Shown piece after piece: positions 28,660-39,156 of a DNA stretch of 64,000 bases. Below the pieces are notes generated by a model, which was not told the origin of the DNA, ran no database searches, and saw only the letters and a list, made by a program, of their open reading frames with translations. The stretch comes from an uncultured Hyphomicrobiales bacterium. Its GTDB lineage: Bacteria; Bacteroidota; Ignavibacteria; Kapaibacteriales; UBA2268. Position 1 is the first letter of the stretch. Each line of letters opens with the position of its first letter. Location of the stretch: NCBI GenBank assembly GCA_964509335.1, contig CAZDXB010000010.1, positions 3,977-67,976 of the forward strand. Direction: 5' to 3'. The translations under genes were made by a program, and so were the position numbers.

Positions 28660-29178
28660 CTACTTCTTTAACCTAAACTCCCAAATACAAGCGTAATCTT
28701 CGTCCGTAATTTCCGGCGGGCAGGAAATACACTCCGTCTCGAACCTCTCGTCAATCGTTTTGGCGAAATAGCCGTATTCTACTATTCCGACCGACTTACA
28801 AGGAAAGTCGGGCAAATTCTTCCTCCTTCTCGCGCTCTGCACCCTGCAAGTCTTTACGTAATATCTGACTGTATTATCATCGATAATTTCCACTCTGTCT
28901 TCGTTCAAAGTAGAGTAAAGCCTGTAAAGCAGAGCTTCGCCCAAGCCAGGAACGCCCGAGTTTTCGCCCAAATCCAAAAACTTCTTCAATCTGTTCGCTT
29001 CGACGACGGTGAATTTCCGCCACGCCTCTCTGTCCATATCAATTGCCGCGTCCATCCCGTATTTTTCTTCAATCGACAAGAACCAACAACCGTCGTGAGC
29101 GAGCCAATTCTTCGCGTAGATATTCGCCAACTCAAAAAGCTTTTCCTTAGGTAAATTATTGATTTTTTCTGAACCCAT
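28660..29178 (-). CDS. Hypothetical Cys-rich protein (172 aa) directly downstream of the DNA methyltransferase
   Basis: ORF with cysteines CW, CRVQ, CKSV, CISCP, YAC. No confident family assignment. Confidence 0.4.
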   Translation of the reverse strand: MGSEKINNLPKEKLFELANIYAKNWLAHDGCWFLSIEEKYGMDAAIDMDREAWRKFTVVEANRLKKFLDLGENSGVPGLGEALLYRLYSTLNEDRVEIIDDNTVRYYVKTCRVQSARRRKNLPDFPCKSVGIVEYGYFAKTIDERFETECISCPPEITDEDYACIWEFRLKK

Positions 29179-29210
29179 AAATAACTCGGAAATTAATTAA
29201 ACTAAATGAT

Positions 29211-30164
29211 TTATGCCTCTTTGCTAATCTTAGAGCCGAAATTCATTTCCTTCGGGTCAACCAATCGCTCCAAAGCGCCGTCCGCCCTATAAAAATACGG
29301 CAGCGACTTAATCCGTTCGTCAAAATCAGCCTCGACGCTTTCTTCTCTTTCAAAAGCTATTTCCTCGCCAAAAATTGAACCGTCGCGAACGCCGAGATTT
29401 TCTTTGACTAATTCCAAATAATCGTCGTTTATTTCGTAACCTATAGAGCTTCTCCCAAGATTTTTAGCCGCCAATGAAGTAACGCCGCTACCCAAAAAAG
29501 GGTCTAATACCGTCTCGCCGACGAATGAATACATTTTGATAAATCGTCGCGGCAACTCCTCGGGAAACGCGGCTAAATGCTTGCCCTGCTTAGCTCCGGC
29601 AAAATTCCAATGCCCCGAAAAATAATTCTTCCATTCCTCTTTAGTCATTTCCGACGCTTCCTTTTGCTCTTTCGTCGGTTTTGGAGCCTTGCCCGGCTTC
29701 TTAAAAATCAAATTAAACTCGTAGTCAATCTCCACTATCCCGTTTCTCGGATACGGATACGAACCCATAATTACCGCGCCGCCCGTCGTGTTCATTGTGG
29801 TTCTCTTTTGCCAAATGATAGCTCCCATATAATCGAAGCCGATTGTCTCGGCGAACTTAATAATCTCCGTCCTAATGGGAATAATCTTATACCTACCGTA
29901 ATAAACCGAGCGAGCGAATTGGTCGCCTACGTTGACAATCATTTTACATCCGGGATGCAAAACCTCGAAGCAACGCGCCCAAACTAGATTCAGATGATTT
30001 ATATACTCTTCGTATGTTTGGTCGTAGCCTATTTGTTCTTCTTTTCCGTAATCCTTCAGTTGCCAGTAAGGCGGTGAAGTTACTATTAAATGAACGCTCC
30101 CGTCTTCGAACGATTTCATCAATCGAGAGTCGCCGATTATTATTTTATGAGACGTATTATGCAT
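29211..30164 (-). CDS. DNA methyltransferase, beta-class amino-MTase (PF01555 type). The SPPY motif suggests N4-cytosine, or N6-adenine.
   Basis: Motif IV SPPY at residues about 30-33. Motif I DPFLGSGVT near the C-terminus (the circular permutation typical of the beta class). Confidence 0.8.
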   Translation of the reverse strand: MHNTSHKIIIGDSRLMKSFEDGSVHLIVTSPPYWQLKDYGKEEQIGYDQTYEEYINHLNLVWARCFEVLHPGCKMIVNVGDQFARSVYYGRYKIIPIRTEIIKFAETIGFDYMGAIIWQKRTTMNTTGGAVIMGSYPYPRNGIVEIDYEFNLIFKKPGKAPKPTKEQKEASEMTKEEWKNYFSGHWNFAGAKQGKHLAAFPEELPRRFIKMYSFVGETVLDPFLGSGVTSLAAKNLGRSSIGYEINDDYLELVKENLGVRDGSIFGEEIAFEREESVEADFDERIKSLPYFYRADGALERLVDPKEMNFGSKISKEA

Positions 30165-30185
30165 AAACGCTATACCGCCGCAAAA

Positions 30186-33100
30186 TTACATTCCTCTCCT
30201 GTACTGACCGCCAATCTCGTAAAGCAACTGAGTTATCTGCCCCATAGAACAATGCTCGACTGTATTCAGAAGCTCCTCGAAAACGTTGCCGCCGGTCAGG
30301 GCGACCTCTCGCAATTTTTTAAGAGCTTCCTCTGAATCGCCGCTATGCTCGGCTTGGAAGTCTCGCAACTGCTCCAATCTCTTGCGTTTTTCTTCGTCGG
30401 TGGCTCTGGTTATATTCATATTGTCGTAAGGATTTTCCGCGTCTTCGTCAACGAAAGTATTGACGCCGACAATAGGATACTCGCCCGTTTCTTTCAGAGC
30501 CTCGTATTTCATCGACTCTTCCTGTATCTTCGAGCGCTGATACTGCGTCTCCATAGCGCCCATAACGCCGCCTCTTCTCGACAATCGCTCGAATTCCTTT
30601 AAAACGGCTTCTTCGACTAAATCGGTCAACTCCTCTATAATAAAAGCTCCCTGATTGGGGTTCTCGTTCTTAAGCATTCCGAACTCTTTAGCCAATATCA
30701 TTTGTATAGCCATAGCCCGGCGCACCGATTCTTCCGTTGGCGTCGTAACCGCCTCGTCGTAAGAATTAGTATGCAGCGAATTGCAATTGTCGTAATAAGC
30801 CAAAAGCCCCTGTAAGGTCGTTCTTATGTCGTTAAACGCAATTTCCTGAGCGTGAAGCGACCTGCCGGAAGTTTGAATATGATACTTCAGCTTTTGCGCC
30901 CTTTCGTTCGCTCCGTATTTGTCTCTCAAAGCTATAGCCCAAATCCTGCGAGCCACTCTGCCGATTACGGAATACTCCGCGTCCATACCGTTGGAAAAGA
31001 AATAAGACAGATTCGGCGCGAAGTCGTCCACGTCTATTCCGCGATTAATAAAATACTCGACGTAAGTAAATCCGTTCGCTAAAGTGAAAGCCAACTGCGT
31101 GATTGGATTAGCGCCCGCCTCGGCTATATGATAACCGCTTATGCTCAGCGAATAATACTTCTTGATTTCATTTCTCGACAAATACTCTTGCAAATCGCCG
31201 ATTAATTTCATAGCGAAATTGATTGAGAAAATGCAAGTATTCTGTCCTTGGTCCTCTTTCAACATATCCGCCTGAACGGTTCCTCGCAATTGCCTGAAAG
31301 TGTCTATCTTTAATCTCTCTTTTTCTTCGGCGTCCAACTCGCCCCTTTCTTTTCTAGCTTTCTCCAACTCTCTTCTATATGCCATAATGAAATAGAAAGC
31401 CACCATAATTGGCGCAGGCGCGTTTATCGTCATCGAAACCGACGTGAACGGGTCGGTTTGGTCGAACCCCTTCAAAAGAACGTCCATATCTCTTAATGTG
31501 CAAATAGAAACGCCGCTCTCGCCGATTTTGCCGTATATGTCGGGGTCTTCGTCGGGGTCTTCGCCGTAAAGCGTTATCCCGTCAAAAGCCACCGAAAGTC
31601 TCTTGGCTTTGTCGCCTTCGCATAAATAATGGAAGCGCTTGTTAGTTCGCTCCGGTCCGCCCTCGCCTGCAAATTGCCGCTTCGGGTCTTCGGTAGTTCT
31701 CTTAAACGGAAAAACTCCGGCGGTAAATGGAAACTCCCCGGGCAGATTCTCTTTATAAAAGAATTTTACGAGTTCGTACCAAGACTTATATTTCGGCAAA
31801 GCGACTTTCGGAATTTTACTGCCGGATAGGCTTTCAATCACCAAAGGAATAGAGTATTCCTTACCGGATATAGTATAATTAAGCGTGTCTTTTTGCAATT
31901 CCTTTTTCGTTTCGTCCCAATTGGATAGAAAATCCTTCGCCTCGTCGGAAAGCTCTTCCCACTTTTCCTTAAACGCTTCCTTCAGCGTCTTCATAGCGTC
32001 GGAATCTTCTATCTGCTTAGTCGCTTCTCTAATAGAGAATATATCCGAAGCCAACTGGGCTTGCTCTTCCGCGCTCTCTTTATATTTCCTGACCGATTCC
32101 GCAATTTCCGCCAGATAATTAATATTTTTGCTGTCGATTAAGCCGAAATCATCGGTTAGCTTAGTCGGCAGCTTTTCAATCATATCTGTATGCTCGCCGT
32201 AGCCGTCGCCCTTCTCTTTTTTGAGCAAGCCGAGTAAATCCTTGAACAATCTATTTACGCCGGAATTGTTGAATTGATTGCTCATCGTGGCGTAAACCGG
32301 CAACTCAAGCTCGTCGAGCGGAATCGACTTATCGACTTTACCCGGATTGTTCCTAAGCCAATTGATTTTTACTTCTCTGAAAGCGTCTTCTGAGCCTTGC
32401 TTTTCGAATTTGTTTATCACGACGAAATCCGCCAAATCCAGCATCTCGATTTTCTCCAATTGAGAGGGACCACCAAACTCCGCCGTCATAACATAAATCG
32501 AGTAATCGCAAATATCTACAACCGAGCTGTCGCCCTGTCCTATTCCGCTAGTCTCGACTATTATTAAATCGAAGCCGCAACTCTTCATAGCGCGAATAGA
32601 ATCGTCAACCGCCGCGCCGAGTTCGTTCAGGCTTCCTCTCGTAGCGAAACTTCTCAAAAACACACGATTGTTATATATCTGATTGAATCGAATTCTATCG
32701 CCCAACAAGGCGCCGCCAGTTCTTTGCTTAGATGGGTCGAAAGTTAAAACGCCTATATTAGCATTGTCGGTAAAAGACAGAAATCTGCCTATAATTTCAT
32801 CGACTAAAGAGCTTTTGCCGCAACCGCCTGTTCCGGTAACGCCCAAAACTAAGGACTTGCCTTTGTCGTATTTATCGTAAAGTTTCCTGATTTTCTCAAT
32901 ATCGCCGTTCTTGCTGGAATAATCCTCGAGATAAGTTAACTGCTTCGCTATTTCTCCGTGGCGCTCGACGTCGTTTTTCTTTATGTACTCCTCGTCGAAC
33001 TTAGGAAATCGCGAAACGTCCAGCTTTTCTCTGCGCTCTTTAATTCGATTTACGATATCCTCGGTTATACCGCCGATGCCGATTCTTTGACCGTCAACCG

Positions 33101-33443
33101 CGTGATATAGCTTAGTTACGCCGCATTCTTCCAACGCCTTAATTTCGGAAGGCAGGATAACGCCGCCGCCGCCGCCAAAAATCAATTTATCTTCGGCGCC
33201 CTTATTTTTAAGCTCGTCCGCGAGAAAGCGGAAATACTCGTTGTGTCCGCCTTGATACGAACTAACCAAAACGGCGTCCACGTCCTCTTGCAAGGCGACC
33301 GTTACGACTTCGCGGACTGAACGGTTATGCCCTAAATGAACTACCTCGACGCCTTTCTTTTGCAGCAATCTTCTATATAAATTTACAGAAACGTCGTGCC
33401 CGTCAAACAATGACGTCGCCGTCAACGCTTTCATCGAACTCAT
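30186..33443 (-). CDS. icmF: Fused isobutyryl-CoA mutase IcmF (B12-binding domain + MeaB-like G-protein + mutase catalytic domain)
   Basis: N-terminal B12-binding Rossmann fold (DGHD..V). P-loop GVTGTGGCGKSSL (MeaB-like). C-terminal methylmalonyl-CoA mutase-type TIM barrel. 1085 aa, matching the IcmF architecture. Confidence 0.85.
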   Translation of the reverse strand: MSSMKALTATSLFDGHDVSVNLYRRLLQKKGVEVVHLGHNRSVREVVTVALQEDVDAVLVSSYQGGHNEYFRFLADELKNKGAEDKLIFGGGGGVILPSEIKALEECGVTKLYHAVDGQRIGIGGITEDIVNRIKERREKLDVSRFPKFDEEYIKKNDVERHGEIAKQLTYLEDYSSKNGDIEKIRKLYDKYDKGKSLVLGVTGTGGCGKSSLVDEIIGRFLSFTDNANIGVLTFDPSKQRTGGALLGDRIRFNQIYNNRVFLRSFATRGSLNELGAAVDDSIRAMKSCGFDLIIVETSGIGQGDSSVVDICDYSIYVMTAEFGGPSQLEKIEMLDLADFVVINKFEKQGSEDAFREVKINWLRNNPGKVDKSIPLDELELPVYATMSNQFNNSGVNRLFKDLLGLLKKEKGDGYGEHTDMIEKLPTKLTDDFGLIDSKNINYLAEIAESVRKYKESAEEQAQLASDIFSIREATKQIEDSDAMKTLKEAFKEKWEELSDEAKDFLSNWDETKKELQKDTLNYTISGKEYSIPLVIESLSGSKIPKVALPKYKSWYELVKFFYKENLPGEFPFTAGVFPFKRTTEDPKRQFAGEGGPERTNKRFHYLCEGDKAKRLSVAFDGITLYGEDPDEDPDIYGKIGESGVSICTLRDMDVLLKGFDQTDPFTSVSMTINAPAPIMVAFYFIMAYRRELEKARKERGELDAEEKERLKIDTFRQLRGTVQADMLKEDQGQNTCIFSINFAMKLIGDLQEYLSRNEIKKYYSLSISGYHIAEAGANPITQLAFTLANGFTYVEYFINRGIDVDDFAPNLSYFFSNGMDAEYSVIGRVARRIWAIALRDKYGANERAQKLKYHIQTSGRSLHAQEIAFNDIRTTLQGLLAYYDNCNSLHTNSYDEAVTTPTEESVRRAMAIQMILAKEFGMLKNENPNQGAFIIEELTDLVEEAVLKEFERLSRRGGVMGAMETQYQRSKIQEESMKYEALKETGEYPIVGVNTFVDEDAENPYDNMNITRATDEEKRKRLEQLRDFQAEHSGDSEEALKKLREVALTGGNVFEELLNTVEHCSMGQITQLLYEIGGQYRRGM

Positions 33444-33488
33444 ACTTTCCTCGAAATTTTTAAAACATTAAAGCGAATAATCAGATAA

Positions 33489-34628
33489 TTACATCAGCAT
33501 AGAACGCGCGATCACCAATCTTTGTATCTCGCTCGTCCCTTCGTATAGCTCGGTAATTTTTGCGTCTCTTAGATATCTTTCGGCGGCGAAATCCTCGGTG
33601 TAACCGTAACCGCCGTGAATCTGGATACATTTATTAGCGCAGAACGAAGCTACCTCCGAAGCTTTCAATTTAGCTTCAGCCGCTTCTTTAGAATATCTCA
33701 TACCTTTGTCTTTCATCATAGAAGCTTTCCAGTTTAGCAGCCAAGCGGCGTCGTATTCGGTCTCCATATTCGCCAGCATCCACTGAATCGCTTGGAAGTT
33801 AGCTATCGGCTGACCGAACTGCTTTCTTTCTTTAGCGTAATTTGTAGCGTCTTCTATTGAAGCCCTCGCTATGCCGAGCGCTTGAGCCGCAATGCCCAAC
33901 CTGCCGCCGTCGAGCGTAACCATTGACAATTTAAAACCTTTGTTCAATTCGCCCAACAAGTTTTCTTTGGGAATTTCGGCGTTGTCCAAGATTATTTCCG
34001 CAGTAGAAGAGCCTCTGATTCCAAGTTTCTTTTCAAGTTTGCCTATGCTAACTCCGGGCGTTCCTTTTTCTATAATAAAAGCCGAAATGCCTTTAGTTTT
34101 AGCGCCGGGGTCGGTTGAAGCTATTAAAACGTAAACTTCCGCTTCGCCGCCGTTAGTGCAAAACAGCTTCGAGCCGTTCAAAACCCACTTATCTCCTTCA
34201 AGCTTAGCGGTAGTTTTGGTGTTGCCCGCGTCGGAGCCGGCTTCGGACTCGGTTAACGAAAAACTGCCGATTTTTTTGCCGCTTAACAAATCGGGAAGAT
34301 ACTTCTGCTTTTGTTCTTCCGTGCCGAATCTAAAAATCGGGTCGCATACGAGCGACGAATGAGCCGATACTATTACGCCGGTAGAAGCGCACCAGCGCGA
34401 AATCTCCTCGAGAGCTAAAAAGTAGGATACGTGATCCATACCCGCTCCGCCGTAATCGACCGGATAAGCTATTCCCATAAGACCAAGCTCGGAGGCTTCG
34501 TCGATTACTTCTTTCGGGAACATATGTTCTTTGTCAACTTTGTCGGCGATTGGAGCGATTTTTTCTTTCGCAAACTTCGTTACCATCTCCTTCAGCATCT
34601 TCTGTTCTTCGGTGAGCAAAAATTCCAT
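33489..34628 (-). CDS. Acyl-CoA dehydrogenase (short/branched-chain type)
   Basis: ACAD N-terminal, middle and C-terminal domains. Catalytic-base region YEGTSEIQRLVIAR. 379 aa. Confidence 0.9.
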   Translation of the reverse strand: MEFLLTEEQKMLKEMVTKFAKEKIAPIADKVDKEHMFPKEVIDEASELGLMGIAYPVDYGGAGMDHVSYFLALEEISRWCASTGVIVSAHSSLVCDPIFRFGTEEQKQKYLPDLLSGKKIGSFSLTESEAGSDAGNTKTTAKLEGDKWVLNGSKLFCTNGGEAEVYVLIASTDPGAKTKGISAFIIEKGTPGVSIGKLEKKLGIRGSSTAEIILDNAEIPKENLLGELNKGFKLSMVTLDGGRLGIAAQALGIARASIEDATNYAKERKQFGQPIANFQAIQWMLANMETEYDAAWLLNWKASMMKDKGMRYSKEAAEAKLKASEVASFCANKCIQIHGGYGYTEDFAAERYLRDAKITELYEGTSEIQRLVIARSMLM

Positions 34629-34888
34629 AGCGGAACCTCCATTATTAAAAAAACGTATTTAAGACAAAAATAAAAAATTCAACTAAAATCTTTTTAAGTT
34701 AAATCTTTTTTCATTATAATATAATAGCTAAATATATGAAAATAATCAATTGAATGAAACAGAAATTGAAGATATTATTAACTCTGTATCGCGCGAAGAA
34801 AAAATTCGTCAAAAAACCTCCTTCAATGAAATTAAAAACGCCTTCCATAAACAACTATTATAACTACAACTTATAACGAGGTCTGGAT

Positions 34889-36046
34889 ATGCCAATCAAC
34901 AGAAATTTAAATCAAGAGCAGATATTGTTACGCGACACGGTCAGAAAATTCGCCGAAGAAGAAATCAAAGAAAAAGCGAAGGAACTCGACGAAAAAGAAG
35001 AATTCTCTTACGAAATAACTCAAAAAATGGCGGAAATGGGCTTTCTCGGAGCCTTTCTGCCGGACGAATACGGAGGCTCGGCTTTAGACTACGTTTCTTA
35101 CATTATCTTAGTCGAAGAGCTTTCTAGAATCGACGGCTCGCAAGGAGCGACGATAGCCGCGCACAATTCGCTCGGCGTAGGTCCGCTCCTGTATTTCGGA
35201 AACGATGAGCAAAAAAAGAAATATCTGCCTAAATTAGCGGAAGGTTCCCTCTGGGGCTTCGGACTCACCGAACCGGAAGCAGGCTCCGACGCCGGCAACA
35301 CCCAAACAACCGCCGTTAAAGACGGAAACGAATGGATCTTAAACGGCTCGAAAATATTTATTACAAACGCTTCGACCGACGTTACTCTAGGCTCGACAAT
35401 ACTTGCTTGCACAGGAAAAAACAACAAAAGAAAAGAACTTACTTGCTTTATCGTCGAAAACGACGCTCCCGGATACACGGCTCGCCCTATGAAAAAGAAA
35501 ATGATGTGGCGCTCCTCGAACACAAGCGAGATTTACCTCGAAGATTGCCGCGTCCCCGAAAAAAATATACTAGGCAAGCGCGGAGACGGTTTTAAGCAAA
35601 TGCTATCGACCTTAGACAACGGACGCCTTTCAATCGCTTCAATGGGACTGGGACTAGCGCAAGGAGCTTTGGACGCCGCTTTAAAATACGCCAAAGAAAG
35701 AAAGCAATTCGGCAAACATATTTCCACTTTTCAAGCTAACGCCTTTAAACTCGCCGATATCGATATGGGAGTTGAACTAGCGAGAAATTATCTTTACGAC
35801 GTATGTCGTATGCTCGACGAAGGCAAACGAATAACCAAAGAAGGAGCCATTTGCAAGCTATACTGTTCCGAACTAGCCAGAGCGGCGGCGAACCATTGCG
35901 TTCAAATTCACGGCGGTTACGGGCTAATGAAAGAATACGACGCCGAGAAATACTACAGAGACCAAAAACTGCTTGAAATCGGCGAAGGAACCTCCGAAAT
36001 CCAAAGATTGGTTATATCGAGAAGTATAGGTTGCTACGACGTTTAG
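34889..36046 (+). CDS. Acyl-CoA dehydrogenase (second paralog, divergently transcribed)
   Basis: ACAD fold with GEGTSEIQRLVISR. 385 aa. Confidence 0.9.
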   Translation: MPINRNLNQEQILLRDTVRKFAEEEIKEKAKELDEKEEFSYEITQKMAEMGFLGAFLPDEYGGSALDYVSYIILVEELSRIDGSQGATIAAHNSLGVGPLLYFGNDEQKKKYLPKLAEGSLWGFGLTEPEAGSDAGNTQTTAVKDGNEWILNGSKIFITNASTDVTLGSTILACTGKNNKRKELTCFIVENDAPGYTARPMKKKMMWRSSNTSEIYLEDCRVPEKNILGKRGDGFKQMLSTLDNGRLSIASMGLGLAQGALDAALKYAKERKQFGKHISTFQANAFKLADIDMGVELARNYLYDVCRMLDEGKRITKEGAICKLYCSELARAAANHCVQIHGGYGLMKEYDAEKYYRDQKLLEIGEGTSEIQRLVISRSIGCYDV

Positions 36047-36127
36047 TTTTTTCTTATAAACTAATTATTTCTTATCTTGTCATTCTAAAAAAAGAAAAAG
36101 GAATAACGGCTAGGAGAAAATAAAGAA

Positions 36128-36859
36128 ATGGCGATAGATAGAAACTTTATAAATAAGCTCCCAAACAATATACTCTTAGCGGAACAGAGGATAGTCGACG
36201 CGTTTTATCAGACTATGGAAATCCATACAATGGCGCAAGACAAAACCGAGTTCTACAACGACTTCTTAGACCTATTCAGTTTCTATCAAGTTTACGCCGA
36301 GAAACACGCCCTCGACGTTTCTTTTCCAAAATTAACGGCAAACCCCGAAGGCAATCTAGAAATCATCATTAGCTTTTTCCGAAACAGATACAGAATTATC
36401 TCCAAAAAAGTTAAAAAATACGCCAGCGAAAAAATAGTAGAAGAAAAAAAGAGCAAATTCGAGGCTATGCTTCACGGAGAAGATTATTACAAATTCACAA
36501 CCGAAGAGCTAAAAGAACTGAAAATCAACCTTCAATTCTTAAAAAATACTCTCAAAACAAGCGAGTATTTGGACCACAAATACGTTAAAAGACTTATAAA
36601 GCGGGTTGACGGAATTTTAAAAGAATTAAGAGCGGAAATGCCCAATTTAGACCAGCTTTGGGGCTTAACTGGAGAAGCCGGCATCTTAGTCGGAAGAGGA
36701 AAGGAAAAAGCCGACCTCTTAGTTATAAAAATTAAAGAGATACTAAAGATAGTTTGGGAAGCTCAAGCCAGAGCCGAGGAATTATCCGACGACACGCCGA
36801 CTATTGATTTGAGATACAAAAAAAAAGAGAAAAAAGATAAAGACAAATTAGATTATTAA
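36128..36859 (+). CDS. Hypothetical protein with a K/D-rich C-terminus
   Basis: ORF only. No recognisable motif. Confidence 0.35.
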   Translation: MAIDRNFINKLPNNILLAEQRIVDAFYQTMEIHTMAQDKTEFYNDFLDLFSFYQVYAEKHALDVSFPKLTANPEGNLEIIISFFRNRYRIISKKVKKYASEKIVEEKKSKFEAMLHGEDYYKFTTEELKELKINLQFLKNTLKTSEYLDHKYVKRLIKRVDGILKELRAEMPNLDQLWGLTGEAGILVGRGKEKADLLVIKIKEILKIVWEAQARAEELSDDTPTIDLRYKKKEKKDKDKLDY

Positions 36860-36919
36860 TAACAATAAATTTATCAAACAAAATCACACAACGCTTGTAC
36901 AATTTAACGGAGAATTTTT

Positions 36920-37963
36920 ATGGTAGGAATAGTGGGTTACGGTTCTTACGTTCCTAGTTACAGGATAAGAACGCGTACTATAGCCGAACAATGGGGCGCC
37001 GACCCGTCCACAATCGAAAACGGATTACTAATCAAAGAAAAATCCGTTCCCGGCTGGGACGAAGACACGATAACGATATCGGTCGCCGCCGCCAAAAACG
37101 CCGTAGCAAGAGCGGGAATATCCCCCGACAAAATCGGAGCCGTTTATATCGGCTCGGAATCGCATCCATACGCGGTCAAGCCTTCCGGCACAATATTAAT
37201 AGACGCGCTCGGCATCGGACCGAACGTTCACGTAGCCGATTATGAATTCGCCTGCAAAGCCGGCTCCGAAGCGATGTTCGTCTCTTACAGCCACGTTAAA
37301 GCCGGCAATATGGACTACGCTATGGGAATCGGATCGGACACTTCGCAAGGCGCCCCGGGCGACGCTTTAGAATATTCAGCCGCCGCCGGAGGTTCCGCTT
37401 TTATTTTTGGCAAGGAAAATATTTTAGCGAACGTGTTAGAAACGCACTCGTTCACATCCGACACGCCCGACTTCTGGAGACGCGAATACCAACATTACCC
37501 GAGACACGGCGGAAGATTCACGGGCGAGCCCGCGTACTTCAAACACCTCTTAGGATGCGGCAAAGCGCTTCTTGAAAAATCCGGCATTAAACCCGAAGAA
37601 TTCAAATACGCCGTCTTTCATATGCCCAACGGCAAATTCCCGCTGAAAGCGGGAAAAAAGCTCGGATTCACAAATAAACAAATAGAGCAAGGCTGGGTTG
37701 TCAATTTAATGGGCAACACCTACTCCGGCTCTTCGCCGACCGGTTTAGCGTCGATATTGGACGTAGCCAAGCCGGGAGACAAAATCTTTATGGTCTCCTT
37801 CGGTTCCGGCGCCGGAAGCGACGGATTTGTTTTCGAGGCAACGGACAAAATCACGGCGGCTCAACCCAAAGCGCCGACGGTTAAGGATTACCTCGACGAC
37901 AAAATCTATCTCGACTACGGAAAATACGTCGCTTACAGAAAGAAGATTAGATACAACGTCTAG
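36920..37963 (+). CDS. Archaeal-type hydroxymethylglutaryl-CoA synthase
   Basis: MVGIVGYGSYVPSYRI....IAEQWG, 347 aa, thiolase-fold condensing enzyme. Matches the short archaeal HMGCS type that works with the thiolase/DUF35 partners. Confidence 0.8.
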   Translation: MVGIVGYGSYVPSYRIRTRTIAEQWGADPSTIENGLLIKEKSVPGWDEDTITISVAAAKNAVARAGISPDKIGAVYIGSESHPYAVKPSGTILIDALGIGPNVHVADYEFACKAGSEAMFVSYSHVKAGNMDYAMGIGSDTSQGAPGDALEYSAAAGGSAFIFGKENILANVLETHSFTSDTPDFWRREYQHYPRHGGRFTGEPAYFKHLLGCGKALLEKSGIKPEEFKYAVFHMPNGKFPLKAGKKLGFTNKQIEQGWVVNLMGNTYSGSSPTGLASILDVAKPGDKIFMVSFGSGAGSDGFVFEATDKITAAQPKAPTVKDYLDDKIYLDYGKYVAYRKKIRYNV

Positions 37964-38007
37964 TCTAAATTGAAAACAAATGTTATAATAAATTTTGGAG
38001 GTTAATT

Positions 38008-39156
38008 ATGCGCGATGTCGCTATTATCGGCGTCGGAATTACAAAATTCGGAGAGCTATGGGACCAAAGCTATAGAGACGTTTTCGCCGAAGCCGCTCTT
38101 AAAGCTCTCGACAACGCCGGCGTCGAAAAGTTAGACTCAATGTATATCGGAGCTATGTCTTCCGGTCTATACGTTCATCAGGAACACACTTCGTCTTTAA
38201 TGGCGGATTATATCGGTCAAGCGGGCGTTCCGGCTCTTAGAGTCGAATCGGCTTGCTCTTCCGGCGGAATGGCGGTTAAAACAGGCTTTATGGAAGTCGC
38301 CTCGGGAATGAGCGATTTCGTCCTCGCCGGCGGAGTCGAAAAAATGTGGGACGCCGACGACGGCTCTTTTGTGCTTGCCACAGCCGCCGACCAAGAATTT
38401 GAAGCGTTTCACGGAGTTACTTTCCCCGGACTATACGCTATGATAGCTAACGCCTATATGAATCAATACGGCTTAACGAGGGAAGAACTGGCGCAAATTC
38501 CAATAAAAAGTCATAAACACTCGGTCGGCAATCCTTACGCCCAATATCCATTCGCGATTAACTTGGACGCCGTAATGAAATCGCCGATGGTAGCCGAGCC
38601 TTTAAGACTAATGGATTGTTCGCCAATCACCGACGGCGCCGCCGCGGTTATTCTTTGCCCCTTGGAAAAAGCCAAAGAATTCACTGACAAAGCGGTCAAA
38701 ATACTAGGCGTCGGAGCCGCGACCGGTCCGATTGCTTTGCACGACCACAAAGACTTAACTAAACTCGACGCTGTCAGATTATCCGGCGAGCGAGCTTACA
38801 AAATGGCGGGCGCGACCAAAGACGACATTTCGTTCGTCGAGGTTCACGATTGCTTCTCGATAGCCGAAGTAATCGTCGCCGAAGAGCTCGGATTTTTCGA
38901 TTACGGCAAAGCCGGCAAAGCCATCGCAGAAGGCGCGGGAACTTACGGCGACAAAATCGTAATCAACCCCAGCGGCGGCTTAAAAGCGAAAGGACATCCG
39001 GTCGGCGCGACCGGCATCGCTCAATTAGTCGAAGCTACGATTCAGCTCAGAGGCGAAGCGGGAGACCGACAAATTAAGGACATTAAACTCGGTATGACCC
39101 AAAATATGGGCGGCTCCGGAGGCAGTTCTGTTACACATATTTTGGAGGCTGTATAA
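38008..39156 (+). CDS. Archaeal-type acetoacetyl-CoA thiolase (thiolase superfamily, SCP-x-like)
   Basis: MRDVAIIGVG.TKFGE N-terminus. Active-site Cys in ESACSSG. C-terminal GHPVGATG. 382 aa. Confidence 0.85.
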   Translation: MRDVAIIGVGITKFGELWDQSYRDVFAEAALKALDNAGVEKLDSMYIGAMSSGLYVHQEHTSSLMADYIGQAGVPALRVESACSSGGMAVKTGFMEVASGMSDFVLAGGVEKMWDADDGSFVLATAADQEFEAFHGVTFPGLYAMIANAYMNQYGLTREELAQIPIKSHKHSVGNPYAQYPFAINLDAVMKSPMVAEPLRLMDCSPITDGAAAVILCPLEKAKEFTDKAVKILGVGAATGPIALHDHKDLTKLDAVRLSGERAYKMAGATKDDISFVEVHDCFSIAEVIVAEELGFFDYGKAGKAIAEGAGTYGDKIVINPSGGLKAKGHPVGATGIAQLVEATIQLRGEAGDRQIKDIKLGMTQNMGGSGGSSVTHILEAV

